Shown one piece after another: positions 1 through 8,964 of a stretch of 64,000 bases of DNA (the first letter of the stretch is position 1; each line of letters starts with the position of its first letter). The notes beneath the pieces were generated by a model. It saw only the letters and a list, made by a program, of their open reading frames with translations, ran no database searches and was not told where the DNA came from. The stretch is taken from assembly GCA_964373505.1 (NCBI GenBank), contig CAYJVC010000003.1:11336-75335 (forward strand), read 5' to 3'. Made by a program: the position numbers and the translations under genes. This DNA is from an uncultured Planctomycetia bacterium. Lineage in GTDB: Bacteria; Omnitrophota; Gorgyraeia; 2-02-FULL-51-18.

Positions 1-735
1 GAGACGCTGATCACGGCCATCAAAACGGGCTCACCCTCCAAGCGCTGGCAAAAAGCGTTTGAGCTCTCGAATGAACTCAACCGCCGAAAAGAAAACATAC
101 GCTCGGAAGGCCTCCTGAACGAAATGATCCACATCCTCGGCGACGCCGGCCGCTACGACGCTAAAACGCGCGGTTACATTGCCATGGCGCTGGGCCATTT
201 TGACAATACGGTGTCTCGAAACGCGCTGACGGGCGCCCTCTCGGATCCCTCCGAGGACGTGCAGCTTTATGCGCTCTGGGCGCTCGGGGATGCGAAGGCC
301 GGGTCCGCAGTGCCCGCGATCCTTCCTTTTCTGAAAAATGAGAAAGAAAGTTTAAGAAAAACGGCAGCCTATGTCCTCGGAGCGATCGCAAGCGCAGAAG
401 CAGCGCCGGATTTAAGGCTTCTTTTGGATGACAAAGTTGCCGACGTACGATGGAACGCGGCGCTTGCCCTGGCGAGGCTTGACGACGGCTCCGGCCTCCC
501 GGTGCTTCTCGAAATGTTGGATAGAGAGGGCCTCGCGGCCGCTTGGCGCATGAACGATGCCGAGATCGAGACCGTGATGATCAACGCGATCCGGGGGATC
601 GCGTTCGTCGGCGACGGAGGATCCGCCCAGATTCTTAAAACGATCTCGCGCGAAGACAAGAGCTTAAAGGTGCGCCAAGCCGCGATCGAAGTTTACAACG
701 CTCTCGCCACAAGGCCTAGGCGAGTCCGTCCATAA
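1..735 (+). CDS. HEAT-repeat (PBS-lyase-like) protein, 5'-partial (the reading frame is open from window position 1)
   Basis: Repeated LxALGxxxxxxAVPALxxLLxD HEAT/PBS-lyase motifs (ALWALGDAKAGSAVPAILPFL, VRWNAALALARL). The frame is open back to the window edge and stops with TAA at 733-735. Confidence 0.6.
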   Translation, partial: ETLITAIKTGSPSKRWQKAFELSNELNRRKENIRSEGLLNEMIHILGDAGRYDAKTRGYIAMALGHFDNTVSRNALTGALSDPSEDVQLYALWALGDAKAGSAVPAILPFLKNEKESLRKTAAYVLGAIASAEAAPDLRLLLDDKVADVRWNAALALARLDDGSGLPVLLEMLDREGLAAAWRMNDAEIETVMINAIRGIAFVGDGGSAQILKTISREDKSLKVRQAAIEVYNALATRPRRVRP

Positions 736-792
736 AGCTTGACATACTTATCATGGACCTTGTGGACGAGTCCGACAAGCTTTATGGCGGAC
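703..792. repeat. Family-2 palindromic intergenic repeat, copy A (CTCGCCACAAGGCCTAGGCGAG ... CCATAAAGCTTG ... GTGGACGAGTCC ... CAAGCTTTATGGCGGAC)
   Basis: Colinear with copy C at 29690-29776, which has the same CTCGCCACAA-N6-GGCGAG hairpin, the same AAAGCTT/AAGCTTT arms and the same GTGGACGAGTCC core. It overlaps the last codons of the HEAT gene and lies upstream of the Rieske gene. Confidence 0.5.
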
Positions 793-854
793 TTGATATT
801 CCAAATTAACACCATTAGAATGTAAGGATTTAAATTTAGCAAAAGGATTTTTAA

Positions 855-1439
855 ATGCCGGATACTCCGCAACCGCCCACCATTCCTGCACCTGCGGCAC
901 AACCTGCGCCTAAACCGGCGGTCGGCCTGCCCGCCGGCCAGGCAGGAGCGCCCACAATGGACAGGCGGCGTTTTCTTTCCTGGGTGGGCATCGCCTGGGT
1001 GAGCTTCGCGGCCGCGACGGGGGGTGCCCTTTCCATCGTGCTTCGTTTTCTTTTTCCGAATGTCGTGTTCGAGCCTCCCACTTCATTCAAGGCCGGTTTT
1101 CCGAGCGATTATGAAGTCGGATTGGTGGACGAGCGCTGGAAGGAGAAATTCGGCGTCTGGATGGTCCGGACCCTCGAGGGGATCTACGCGCTTTCCACGA
1201 TCTGCACGCACCTGGGTTGCACGCCCAATTGGCTTTCCAACGAAAATAAATTCAAATGCCCCTGCCACGGCAGCGGATTTTACAAAACGGGCATTAATTT
1301 TGAAGGCCCGGCGCCGAGGCCTCTCGAACGGTACCGGATCGCGCTTGCGGACGACGGGCAGATCCTGATCGATAAAAGCAAAAAATTCCAGCAGGAAAAA
1401 GGGGAGTGGAACAACCCGGAGTCATTCCTTGTTTGCTGA
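855..1439 (+). CDS. Rieske [2Fe-2S] iron-sulfur protein of a cytochrome bc/b6f-type complex, with a twin-arginine signal
   Basis: Rieske boxes CTHLGC and CPCHGSGF are present. The N-terminus carries RRRFLSWVG (Tat motif) followed by a hydrophobic helix. The gene lies immediately upstream of cytochrome b. Confidence 0.85.
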   Translation: MPDTPQPPTIPAPAAQPAPKPAVGLPAGQAGAPTMDRRRFLSWVGIAWVSFAAATGGALSIVLRFLFPNVVFEPPTSFKAGFPSDYEVGLVDERWKEKFGVWMVRTLEGIYALSTICTHLGCTPNWLSNENKFKCPCHGSGFYKTGINFEGPAPRPLERYRIALADDGQILIDKSKKFQQEKGEWNNPESFLVC

Positions 1440-1477
1440 CATAACATTTGCCAGCATGGCTGCATCCGCGGGTCCTG

Positions 1478-1556
1478 CCCGCCACAAATCGCGTCGGGCT
1501 CGTCCACACGCGTCGGCGCGATTTGTGGACGGGCTCGCCGACGCTTTGTGGCGAGC
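1478..1556. repeat. Family-2 palindromic intergenic repeat, copy B (compound palindrome CGCCACAAATCGCG / CGCGATTTGTGG / TGTGGACGGGCTCG / GCTTTGTGGCGAGC)
   Basis: Shares the CGCCACAAAG and TTTGTGGACG(A/G)G motifs with copies A and C. It sits in the Rieske to cytochrome b spacer. Confidence 0.5.
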
Positions 1557-1664
1557 CGCTTCGACAGCCCCATTCGTTCTCGCGTCACTCAAGGAGCGCT
1601 GCGAGCGAATGGGGCGCCGCGCGTCTTGCGCGTCACCCGCGGATGCCACAATTGGAGGAAAACT

Positions 1665-2465
1665 ATGCCAGAACCTTCGTCAAAACTAAAATTTAATCTC
1701 GGTAAATTTATCACCGATTCGCAGATTTATAAGTCGATGTTCCGCCACGGTTACTCGACCTCCGACCGCGACCGGGCGCTTTCGGTGATGACCAATGTTT
1801 TCTTTCATTTGCATCCGGTCAAGGTGAGAAAATCCGGCGCGCGTTTCGGATTTACCTGGTGCGCAGGAGGGCTTTCATTCTTCGTGTTCCTGACGCTCGT
1901 CGTAAGCGGCATTCTTCTTATGTTCTACTACCGGCCGACCGTGGAATACGCCTACAACGACATCCTCGCACTCCGCGAGCACGTGCCGTTCGGGATCATG
2001 CGCGAGCTGCACCGTTGGGGCGCGCATGCGATGATCATCACGGTGTGGCTCCATATGTTCCGCGTGTTCATGACGGGCTCCTACAAGCCGCCGCGTGAAT
2101 TCAATTGGGTGATCGGCGTAATTCTTCTGGTCCTGACGATGCTATTAAGCTTCACCGGGTATCTCTTGCCATGGGACCAACTGGCGATGTGGGCGATCAC
2201 GGTGGGGAGCAACATGGCGCGCGCAACCCCGTTTCTGGGGCATGAGGGGCCGGGGGCGTCGCTTTTATCCCTGGGGGATATCCAACTTGTTCATTCCGGA
2301 AGCGACGTGCGTTTCGCGCTCCTGGGCGGCCGCTTCGTGGGCGCCGGGGCTCTTTTGAGGTTTTATATCCTGCATTGTGTGGCGATCCCGACGGTCGTCG
2401 TCCTCCTCATGTCCGTGCACTTCTGGAGGATCCGCAAGGACGGCGGCATTAGTGGACCTTTATAA
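1665..2465 (+). CDS. Cytochrome b, N-terminal (b6-like) half of a split cytochrome b
   Basis: GGAGG precedes the ATG at 1665. Cytochrome b/b6 heme-ligand helices are present ([31 protein letters not shown]). The ORF-track start at 1548 would add a 39-aa basic extension with no ribosome-binding site. Confidence 0.85.
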   Translation: MPEPSSKLKFNLGKFITDSQIYKSMFRHGYSTSDRDRALSVMTNVFFHLHPVKVRKSGARFGFTWCAGGLSFFVFLTLVVSGILLMFYYRPTVEYAYNDILALREHVPFGIMRELHRWGAHAMIITVWLHMFRVFMTGSYKPPREFNWVIGVILLVLTMLLSFTGYLLPWDQLAMWAITVGSNMARATPFLGHEGPGASLLSLGDIQLVHSGSDVRFALLGGRFVGAGALLRFYILHCVAIPTVVVLLMSVHFWRIRKDGGISGPL

Positions 2466-2487
2466 TGTGGATTACGCGGATTGAAGT

Positions 2488-2533
2488 AATGATTACGCAG
2501 ATTAACCGTTTTGATCAGCGTAATCATTTTTTT
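2488..2533 (+). terminator. Intrinsic-terminator-like hairpin between the two cytochrome b halves, embedded in alternative pairings
   Basis: AATGATTACGC (2488-2498) pairs perfectly with GCGTAATCATT (2518-2528) and is followed by seven T (2527-2533). The flanking segments GTGGATTACGCGGATT (2468-2483) and AATCTGCGAAATCCAC (2534-2549) can form competing helices. Confidence 0.45.
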
Positions 2534-2562
2534 AATCTGCGAAATCCACTTAGGTTTATAGG

Positions 2563-3645
2563 ATGATTGAGTCGTTTAAGCATTTCGTCAACGCCGTCTC
2601 GTCTCCCGTCACTATCTTCAGTTTCGCGACCGCGGTTTTTGTCCTGTTCGTGCTGTTCCCCAGACAGCTCACGGCCAAATGGGCCGGTCTCGGGATCCTG
2701 TTCCTCGTCTTGGCATTTTTCGGCATGGGCCTCACGGATGAGCATTTTCGAAAGATCGTAAGCACCCCCGACAACGTCCCGATCGTCGGCCTCATCTTCA
2801 TCTTCGGCTACTTCACCTGGTTCGCGATGAAAAAAGCGGTGGACAATGACCGCCGCATCGAAAAAGGGGAGCCGACGCTCGAGCAGAAGGAAACCAACGA
2901 CAAGGTGCTTGTGTTTCCTTACCTCATTTTCATTGAATTCGTGGTGGCGCTCGCCTATGGCGCGATGCTCGTGATCTGGTCCCTTTTCCTGAAAGCGCCG
3001 TTGGAGGAGCCGGCCAATCCGACCGTATCACCCAACCCGAGCAAGGCGCCCTGGTATTTTCTCGGGCTCCAGGAAATGCTTGTCTATTTTGACCCATGGA
3101 TCGCAGGCGTTCTTTTGCCGACCTTCATTATCATAGGCCTGTGCGCGATCCCTTACCTCGACCGCGACCCGGCCAATTCCGGTTTCTACTGTTACAAAGC
3201 GCGCAGGCCTATCATTATCACTTATCTTTTCGGCTTCTGGATCCTCTGGATCCTCCTCATCGTCATGGGAACCTTCCTGCGGGGCCCGAACTGGAACTTC
3301 TTCGCGCCGTTCGAGGTATGGGACGTGCATAAGGTCGTGCCGCTGGTGAATGTCAACCTGTCCGAGCTTATTTTCATTAAATGGCTGGGCGTGGGATTGC
3401 CCAAACAGTGGTTCATCCGGGAACTACCGGGTTTCGTTCTGGTCCTCCTGTATTTTGCGGTTCCTCCGCTCGTGCTTGCGCGGACTGCTTTCAAGGAGCT
3501 CTACAAAAAGCTGGAACCCGCGCGTTACTCGGTGCTCATGATCATCCTGCTCACGATGATCGCGTTGCCGATCAAGATGTACCTGCGGTGGGCGTTCAAC
3601 CTGAAATACCTCGTCGCGATCCCCGAATTTTTCTTCAACATCTAG
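2563..3645 (+). CDS. Cytochrome b C-terminal half (b6f subunit IV-like) with additional C-terminal transmembrane helices
   Basis: Carries the PWYFLGLQEMLVYFDPWIAGVLLP motif, which is the PEWY-type Qo-site region of subunit IV / cytochrome b C-terminus. The rest is multiple hydrophobic helices. Confidence 0.8.
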   Translation: MIESFKHFVNAVSSPVTIFSFATAVFVLFVLFPRQLTAKWAGLGILFLVLAFFGMGLTDEHFRKIVSTPDNVPIVGLIFIFGYFTWFAMKKAVDNDRRIEKGEPTLEQKETNDKVLVFPYLIFIEFVVALAYGAMLVIWSLFLKAPLEEPANPTVSPNPSKAPWYFLGLQEMLVYFDPWIAGVLLPTFIIIGLCAIPYLDRDPANSGFYCYKARRPIIITYLFGFWILWILLIVMGTFLRGPNWNFFAPFEVWDVHKVVPLVNVNLSELIFIKWLGVGLPKQWFIRELPGFVLVLLYFAVPPLVLARTAFKELYKKLEPARYSVLMIILLTMIALPIKMYLRWAFNLKYLVAIPEFFFNI

Positions 3646-3648
3646 CCC

Positions 3649-6465
3649 ATGGCCAAAGAGACTCCGACCCTCTACAGCGTTCACAAAACGTTCATTTGGT
3701 TCGCCGGGGTGAGCCTCGTGCTGACGTTCTCGCTCGTGGCGATCGTTTATGTCGATTATGCGCGCGAATGGAAAACCTATCAGAAAAAATTCATTCGGCT
3801 CAAAACCGAAATGACCAAAAAAGAGCTGAAAATCGTCGAGGCGGGGCTAGACAAAAAAAGATTGGAAGAGCTGGAAAAGCGATGGAAAGACGCCGACGCT
3901 GATCTTAAATCCCGGCAAGCCGACCGGAAGCCTCTGCAGGCCAAGATCAATCGTCTCGATACGGAAATTGCCAAGGCACTCGCTCAAACCCAGGACCTAA
4001 AGCAATTTCAGGACTCTTATAAGTACTATTTGGAGGAAACCCGCGCGCACCAGGATCCGCAGGCATCGGAGTACGAAAAAAAATTGAAAGCGCTGGCACC
4101 CAAGCTCTCGCAGGCAAAACTCGGCTTGGAGAGGCTCGAGAAGGAGAAGGAGGAAAACCAGGCTGCGCTGGACGCAATGGGGGCCAACGAGCGGTCGATC
4201 CAAAAAGAAATTGAAAAAACGCTGGAAGAAAAAACCCGCCTCGAGCGTAAACTCAAGAGCGTGGAACCGACGCTCGCCAAAGAGGTCCTGAACGCGCCGA
4301 TGGTCGATTTCATCGCGCCAAGCCTAAGGATCCAGCAGATCGTGCTGGAAGACTTGGAGGATGACTATCACTTCGCAAGGGTGCAGAAGGTGGACCGCTG
4401 TACCACCTGCCATCTCGGGATAGACCAAAAAGGGTTCTCCGCCGAAGGCGGAAACGTACCTCAGCCATTCAGGGCTCATCCAAATTTGGAACTTTACCTC
4501 GGCTCTCAATCACCTCACCCGATCGAGAAATTCGGCTGCACGACCTGTCACGGCGGCAACGGCCACTCCGTGAGCTTCAAGGATTCGGCGCACACGCCGC
4601 AAACCGAAGCCCAAAAAGAGACTTGGCAAAAAAAATATCACTGGGAAGAACTCGAAAAGTGGGAAGCGAAGATGCTGCCCCTCAACTTCACGCAAGCATC
4701 CTGCGCCAAATGCCACAACGGAGTTGTCGAAGTGCCCAAGGCCGATAAGCTGAACAGGGGAAGAAAGCTCGCGGAAACTCACGGCTGCTTCAACTGCCAT
4801 AAAGTCAGCGGCTTTGAGGACCGGTGGAAAGTCGGGCCTGATCTCTCGCGCGTTGCCGGCAAACTGGACGGCGCCTGGATCGAAAAATGGCTCGAAGACC
4901 CGAAGTCGTTCAGACCTTCCACGAAGATGCCCCAAGTGTTCCATCTTTCGAACACCGATTCACCCGAAGACCGGGAAAGAAACCGCGCAGCCATCAAGGC
5001 CATCGCGGCTTATTTGATCAAAAACTCCGAACCCCTCGAGCTCACAAAACCCGCGCTCGCCGGTAACGCCGAAAACGGCGAGAAGCTGGTGAAGGAGCTT
5101 GGGTGCCTAGGTTGTCATGCCGTAGGGGGCGTTTCGATCCCGCCGCTGGCGGACAGTGACCATGGCCCCGAACTTTCAAACCTCGGAAGCAAGGTGACCC
5201 CTGAGTGGCTCTTCACGTGGCTAAAGGACCCGAAGCACACTTCAACCTCCACGCGCATGCCCAACCTTAGGTTAAGCGACCAGGAAGCCTCGGACATCGC
5301 CGAATTTCTTTTGTCGCAAAAAAACGCCGAGTTTGAGAATAAACCTCCGGTGGAAGCCAAGCCCCAGGTGATGGATGAGCTGATTCTCGCATCACTTCAG
5401 GGCAGCCTGCGCCGCGTCGAAGCCGAGACGGAACTGTCAAAAATGACGCCGGAGGACAAGCTCCAGTTTCTGGGCAAGAAATCCATAAGCCAACAGGGCT
5501 GTTACACCTGTCACGCGATCAAAGGTTATGAGGACGTCAAGCCCATCGGCGCCGACTTGAGCAACGAGGGACGCAAGGACATCCACCAATTTGATTTTGG
5601 ATTTACCAAGATCGAACGCACACGCCAAGCGTTTATCGAACAAAAGTTGAAAGAACCCCGGCTATTCGATCAAGGCAAGGAGAAGACTTATTACGACAAG
5701 CTGCGCATGCCGCAGTTTAATTTCAATGAAGAGGAAGTGGAGGCGCTCACCACTTTTATCTTAAGTCTTTCCGAAGAACAAATCCCGCTTCAAATGCAGA
5801 AACGTCTCGACTTGAAAGAAGAGCAGGTCGAGAAAGGAAGGCTTTTAGTGTCCAAGCTTAATTGCGCAGGCTGTCACGCGCTCGACGGCAAACCCGGAGC
5901 GCTCAGGGAATCGATGGAAGACAAGGGCAATGCGCCGCCTGGTTTGAACGGGGAGGGCGCCAAGGTGCAGGAGAAATGGCTTCATGAATTTCTGAAAAGA
6001 CCGACCACGATCCGTCCATGGCTTCAGGTGCGCATGCCCACGTTTGGTCTCACCGAAGAGGAGACAAAAACGCTCGTGGAGTACTTTGCGAATCTGGCGC
6101 ACCAAGAGGTTTCCTACAAGGGCTATGAGATCCCGGTTCCCACTGCCGAAAAAATAGAAGCCGGCAGGACGCTCTTCAACAAACTCCAATGCGCGAAATG
6201 CCATGAGGTCAACGCCGCAAGCGTCGCCATGGGCAGCTCGTTCCTGGCGCCGGACCTTACGCTTTCCAAGCAACGCCTCAAGCCCGAGTGGGTCAAACAG
6301 TGGATCGCAGATCCGCAGGTCCTTGAAGAGGGGACCCTGATGCCCACGTTCTTCCCTGAGGGTCAGTCCCCGGTCGCCGACGTCCTGGAGGGGGATGCGA
6401 CAAAACAGATCGAGGCCATAAGAGATTATCTCTATTCATATGAAGCTCCCGCCAAATCTGAATAA
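3649..6465 (+). CDS. Octaheme c-type cytochrome with an N-terminal membrane anchor and a roughly 200-aa K/E-rich coiled coil
   Basis: Eight CxxCH motifs: CTTCH (twice), CAKCH, CFNCH, CLGCH, CYTCH, CAGCH and CAKCH. One N-terminal transmembrane helix (FIWFAGVSLVLTFSLVAIVYV). Residues about 40-230 are heptad-like and K/E-rich. Confidence 0.85.
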   Translation: MAKETPTLYSVHKTFIWFAGVSLVLTFSLVAIVYVDYAREWKTYQKKFIRLKTEMTKKELKIVEAGLDKKRLEELEKRWKDADADLKSRQADRKPLQAKINRLDTEIAKALAQTQDLKQFQDSYKYYLEETRAHQDPQASEYEKKLKALAPKLSQAKLGLERLEKEKEENQAALDAMGANERSIQKEIEKTLEEKTRLERKLKSVEPTLAKEVLNAPMVDFIAPSLRIQQIVLEDLEDDYHFARVQKVDRCTTCHLGIDQKGFSAEGGNVPQPFRAHPNLELYLGSQSPHPIEKFGCTTCHGGNGHSVSFKDSAHTPQTEAQKETWQKKYHWEELEKWEAKMLPLNFTQASCAKCHNGVVEVPKADKLNRGRKLAETHGCFNCHKVSGFEDRWKVGPDLSRVAGKLDGAWIEKWLEDPKSFRPSTKMPQVFHLSNTDSPEDRERNRAAIKAIAAYLIKNSEPLELTKPALAGNAENGEKLVKELGCLGCHAVGGVSIPPLADSDHGPELSNLGSKVTPEWLFTWLKDPKHTSTSTRMPNLRLSDQEASDIAEFLLSQKNAEFENKPPVEAKPQVMDELILASLQGSLRRVEAETELSKMTPEDKLQFLGKKSISQQGCYTCHAIKGYEDVKPIGADLSNEGRKDIHQFDFGFTKIERTRQAFIEQKLKEPRLFDQGKEKTYYDKLRMPQFNFNEEEVEALTTFILSLSEEQIPLQMQKRLDLKEEQVEKGRLLVSKLNCAGCHALDGKPGALRESMEDKGNAPPGLNGEGAKVQEKWLHEFLKRPTTIRPWLQVRMPTFGLTEEETKTLVEYFANLAHQEVSYKGYEIPVPTAEKIEAGRTLFNKLQCAKCHEVNAASVAMGSSFLAPDLTLSKQRLKPEWVKQWIADPQVLEEGTLMPTFFPEGQSPVADVLEGDATKQIEAIRDYLYSYEAPAKSE

Positions 6466-6542
6466 CGTCTACAGTAATTGCAATCCATGCCCAAAATAGA
6501 TACAATACAGTGAAAGTATAGAATTTTCAGGAGAGGGATCCC

Positions 6543-7250
6543 ATGAACAAAAAAGACTTTAAAAGGGTGTTTTTTTTCTTGTTTTTAACGGCTTTTATCG
6601 CGCTCCAGGCAAGCGCTGCGACTGTTACGGGCAAGATCGCGTTTGAAGGCCAGGCGCCAGAATCACAGGTCATTAAAATGGACGCCGACGCCACTTGCAA
6701 GCTCGCGCATCCAGAAGGCGCTAAGAGCGAAGAGGTGGTGGTCAACTCGAACGGCACGCTTAAGAACGTGTTCGTGTATGTGAAAGAGGGTCTCTCGAGT
6801 CAGAAATTTGACGCACCTAAGCAATCGGTCGTATTCGATCAAAAAGGCTGCCAGTATTCACCCCGAGTCCTTGGGATCCAAGTGGGGCAGCCGCTTGAAA
6901 TTCTGAACAGCGACCCCACGCTTCATAACGTCCACTCACTGGCCGCTAAATCCCAGCCGTTCAACCTCGGAATGCCCATCCAGGGCATGAAGCTGAAAAA
7001 AACGTTCACGGCCCCGGAAGTGATGGTGAAAGTAAAATGCGAGGTGCACCCGTGGATGGCGGGTTATATCGGTGTCCTGGATCACCCGTTTTTTTCGGTT
7101 TCAGGCGATGACGGGGGTTTTTCCATTAACAACCTTCCCCCGGGGGAATACGTGGTAGAAGCCTGGCATGAGAAATACGGCGCGCAAACCCAGAACGTAT
7201 CTATCGCCGCCGAAGGCGATTCGAAGGAATTGCAGTTCCAGTACTACTGA
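6543..7250 (+). CDS. Secreted cupredoxin-like (type-1 copper) protein
   Basis: Signal peptide (FFFLFLTAFIALQASAAT). Candidate Cu ligands are H in LHNVH followed by C-x2-H-x2-M (CEVHPWM). Sits between the cytochrome c gene and the heme A/O synthase genes. Confidence 0.5.
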   Translation: MNKKDFKRVFFFLFLTAFIALQASAATVTGKIAFEGQAPESQVIKMDADATCKLAHPEGAKSEEVVVNSNGTLKNVFVYVKEGLSSQKFDAPKQSVVFDQKGCQYSPRVLGIQVGQPLEILNSDPTLHNVHSLAAKSQPFNLGMPIQGMKLKKTFTAPEVMVKVKCEVHPWMAGYIGVLDHPFFSVSGDDGGFSINNLPPGEYVVEAWHEKYGAQTQNVSIAAEGDSKELQFQYY

Positions 7251-7327
7251 GTTACGTAAAACTGACCCACAACACCTCTAAAGTCCTCACGGCCGCAACG
7301 TTTCTTCTTATTATTGCCGGAGGGCTC

Positions 7328-8119
7328 GTGACAAGCACCGAATCGGGCCTTTCGGTGCCCGACTGGCCGCTTTCGTACGGCCAGTTTTTTCCACCGATGG
7401 TGGGAGGCATACGCTTTGAGCACACGCACCGCGTCATCGCCGGCGCCGTCGGGCTCCTCACGTTTATCTTTCTCGGCCTGCTTTTAAAAAATGAAAGAAG
7501 GGGATGGGTCAAGTGGCTGGGCGCGGTTTTGGCTGTTTCCGTCGTCCTGCAGGCCGTGCTCGGGGGAGTCACGGTTATTTATCTTTTGCCCACCGCGGTG
7601 TCCGTGGCCCACGCGTGCCTGGCGCAGGTATTTTTTGCGCTCGTCGCCTGCCTTATGCTTTTTACTTCGTCCGAATGGAAGAACCCCACTCAAATAGTTT
7701 CTGAAAATTCGAGGCCGCTCAAAAGTCTTTTGGCCACGACCGAGCTATTTGTCTTTTTTCAGCTTGTCGCCGGCGCGATCGTGAGACATACGCATGGCCA
7801 GGCTTTGGCGACCCACGTCATCCTGGCGTTCCTAATTGCGATCCACGCGCTTTTTATCGTCGTTCGTATCCTGAAGGACTCCGCGCTCATACCGTTCCTG
7901 AACCACGCTTTATTCCTCGCGAGTCTCGTAACGGCGCAGGTCTTTCTGGGGGCCGGTTCTTATATTCTTGCTCTCGTGATCGAAAAAGCGGCGTATCCGA
8001 GGACCTCGGAAGTGCTCATCACAACCGCCCATCAATCGATCGGAGCTTTGATACTCGCCACGACGACGATTCTTATGCTAAGATCTTTCAGGATTCTAAA
8101 ACCCGGATACTCGTCATGA
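7328..8119 (+). CDS. ctaA: Heme A synthase (CtaA/COX15 family, Cys-less type 2); the N-terminus probably extends upstream without a canonical start codon
   Basis: SGLSVPDWPLSYGQ and the conserved His-containing helices are present. The coordinates follow the GTG at 7328, but the frame is open from 7172 and encodes the expected first transmembrane helix (KVLTAATFLLIIAGGLV) with no in-frame ATG, GTG or TTG. Confidence 0.75.
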   Translation: MTSTESGLSVPDWPLSYGQFFPPMVGGIRFEHTHRVIAGAVGLLTFIFLGLLLKNERRGWVKWLGAVLAVSVVLQAVLGGVTVIYLLPTAVSVAHACLAQVFFALVACLMLFTSSEWKNPTQIVSENSRPLKSLLATTELFVFFQLVAGAIVRHTHGQALATHVILAFLIAIHALFIVVRILKDSALIPFLNHALFLASLVTAQVFLGAGSYILALVIEKAAYPRTSEVLITTAHQSIGALILATTTILMLRSFRILKPGYSS

Positions 8120-8964
8120 ACCCTACGATCTATTTCGAACTCACTAAACCGCGCTTGGTGTTGATGGCGCTTTTAGTGTGCGTTTCTTCATTCACCATGG
8201 CTTCCGAAGGCCGGTTCGACTGGGGGTTGCTGTTTCACACACTGGTCGGCTCCGCGCTCGTCGGGGGAGGGGCCAACAGCCTCAATCAGTTCGCGGAAAG
8301 AGAACTCGACGCCAAAATGACCCGAACCCAGCGTCGGCCTATTCCCAGCGGGCGGCTCGTCGGAAAAAATGCGCTTGTTTTCGGCTTTTTCTTGTCGCCC
8401 CTCGGTGTTTGTTATCTATTTTTCTTCGTCAACCCGCTCACCTCGTTCGTGGGTTTCTTGATCCTCGTGACTTACGTGCTCATGTATACGCCGCTTAAGC
8501 GGAGAACCCCCTTCAGCGCGTTTGTGGGAGCCATTCCCGGGGCCTTGCCCGTACTATTGGGCTGGACGGCCGCCAACCCTTCTCTGGGCAAAGAGGCCTT
8601 GATCTTGTTTTCCATCCTGTTCGCGTGGCAAATCCCTCATTTTTTGGCGATCGCGTGGCTCTACAGGGAGGACTATCTGAAAGGGGGCTTTAAGATGTTC
8701 GCGGCCAATGACCCCGACGGCAGGATCACCGGATGGCAAATTGTCGCGGCGAGCCTCATTTTGTTCGGGCTCAGCCTCGCCCCGAGCTTTTGGGGCATTA
8801 CGGGATTGACCTATCTTTTTATGGCAATCTTTATTGGGGTGAACCTCTGCGGTTTTGCCATTTATCTGGCCGCGCACCGCCTTTCCCATGCCAAACAGTT
8901 CGTAGTCGCATCCATCCTTTATCTTTTTGCGCTCAATGTCTCCATGGTGGTGGACAAAGCATGA
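8116..8964 (+). CDS. ctaB: Protoheme IX farnesyltransferase (heme O synthase, UbiA family)
   Basis: The N-terminus MNPTIYFELTKPRLVLMALL, the UbiA prenyltransferase helices and a 4-nt ATGA overlap with ctaA. Confidence 0.9.
   Translation: MNPTIYFELTKPRLVLMALLVCVSSFTMASEGRFDWGLLFHTLVGSALVGGGANSLNQFAERELDAKMTRTQRRPIPSGRLVGKNALVFGFFLSPLGVCYLFFFVNPLTSFVGFLILVTYVLMYTPLKRRTPFSAFVGAIPGALPVLLGWTAANPSLGKEALILFSILFAWQIPHFLAIAWLYREDYLKGGFKMFAANDPDGRITGWQIVAASLILFGLSLAPSFWGITGLTYLFMAIFIGVNLCGFAIYLAAHRLSHAKQFVVASILYLFALNVSMVVDKA

Noticed and set aside
3381-3902. 173-aa + strand ORF overlapping the end of the cytochrome b C-terminal gene and the start of the octaheme gene
   Set aside because: It is out of frame with two strongly supported genes, and its translation is Arg/His/Asp-rich with no motif.
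7172-7330. Idea that the cupredoxin and CtaA are fused by a frameshift
   Set aside because: A periplasmic, signal-peptide-bearing cupredoxin fused N-terminally would invert the N-in topology of CtaA. A rare start codon or a sequencing indel is more parsimonious.
8733-8960. N-terminal 76 codons of the 8733-9629 ORF
   Set aside because: This stretch overlaps ctaB out of frame. The downstream gene really starts at 8961 or 9033.
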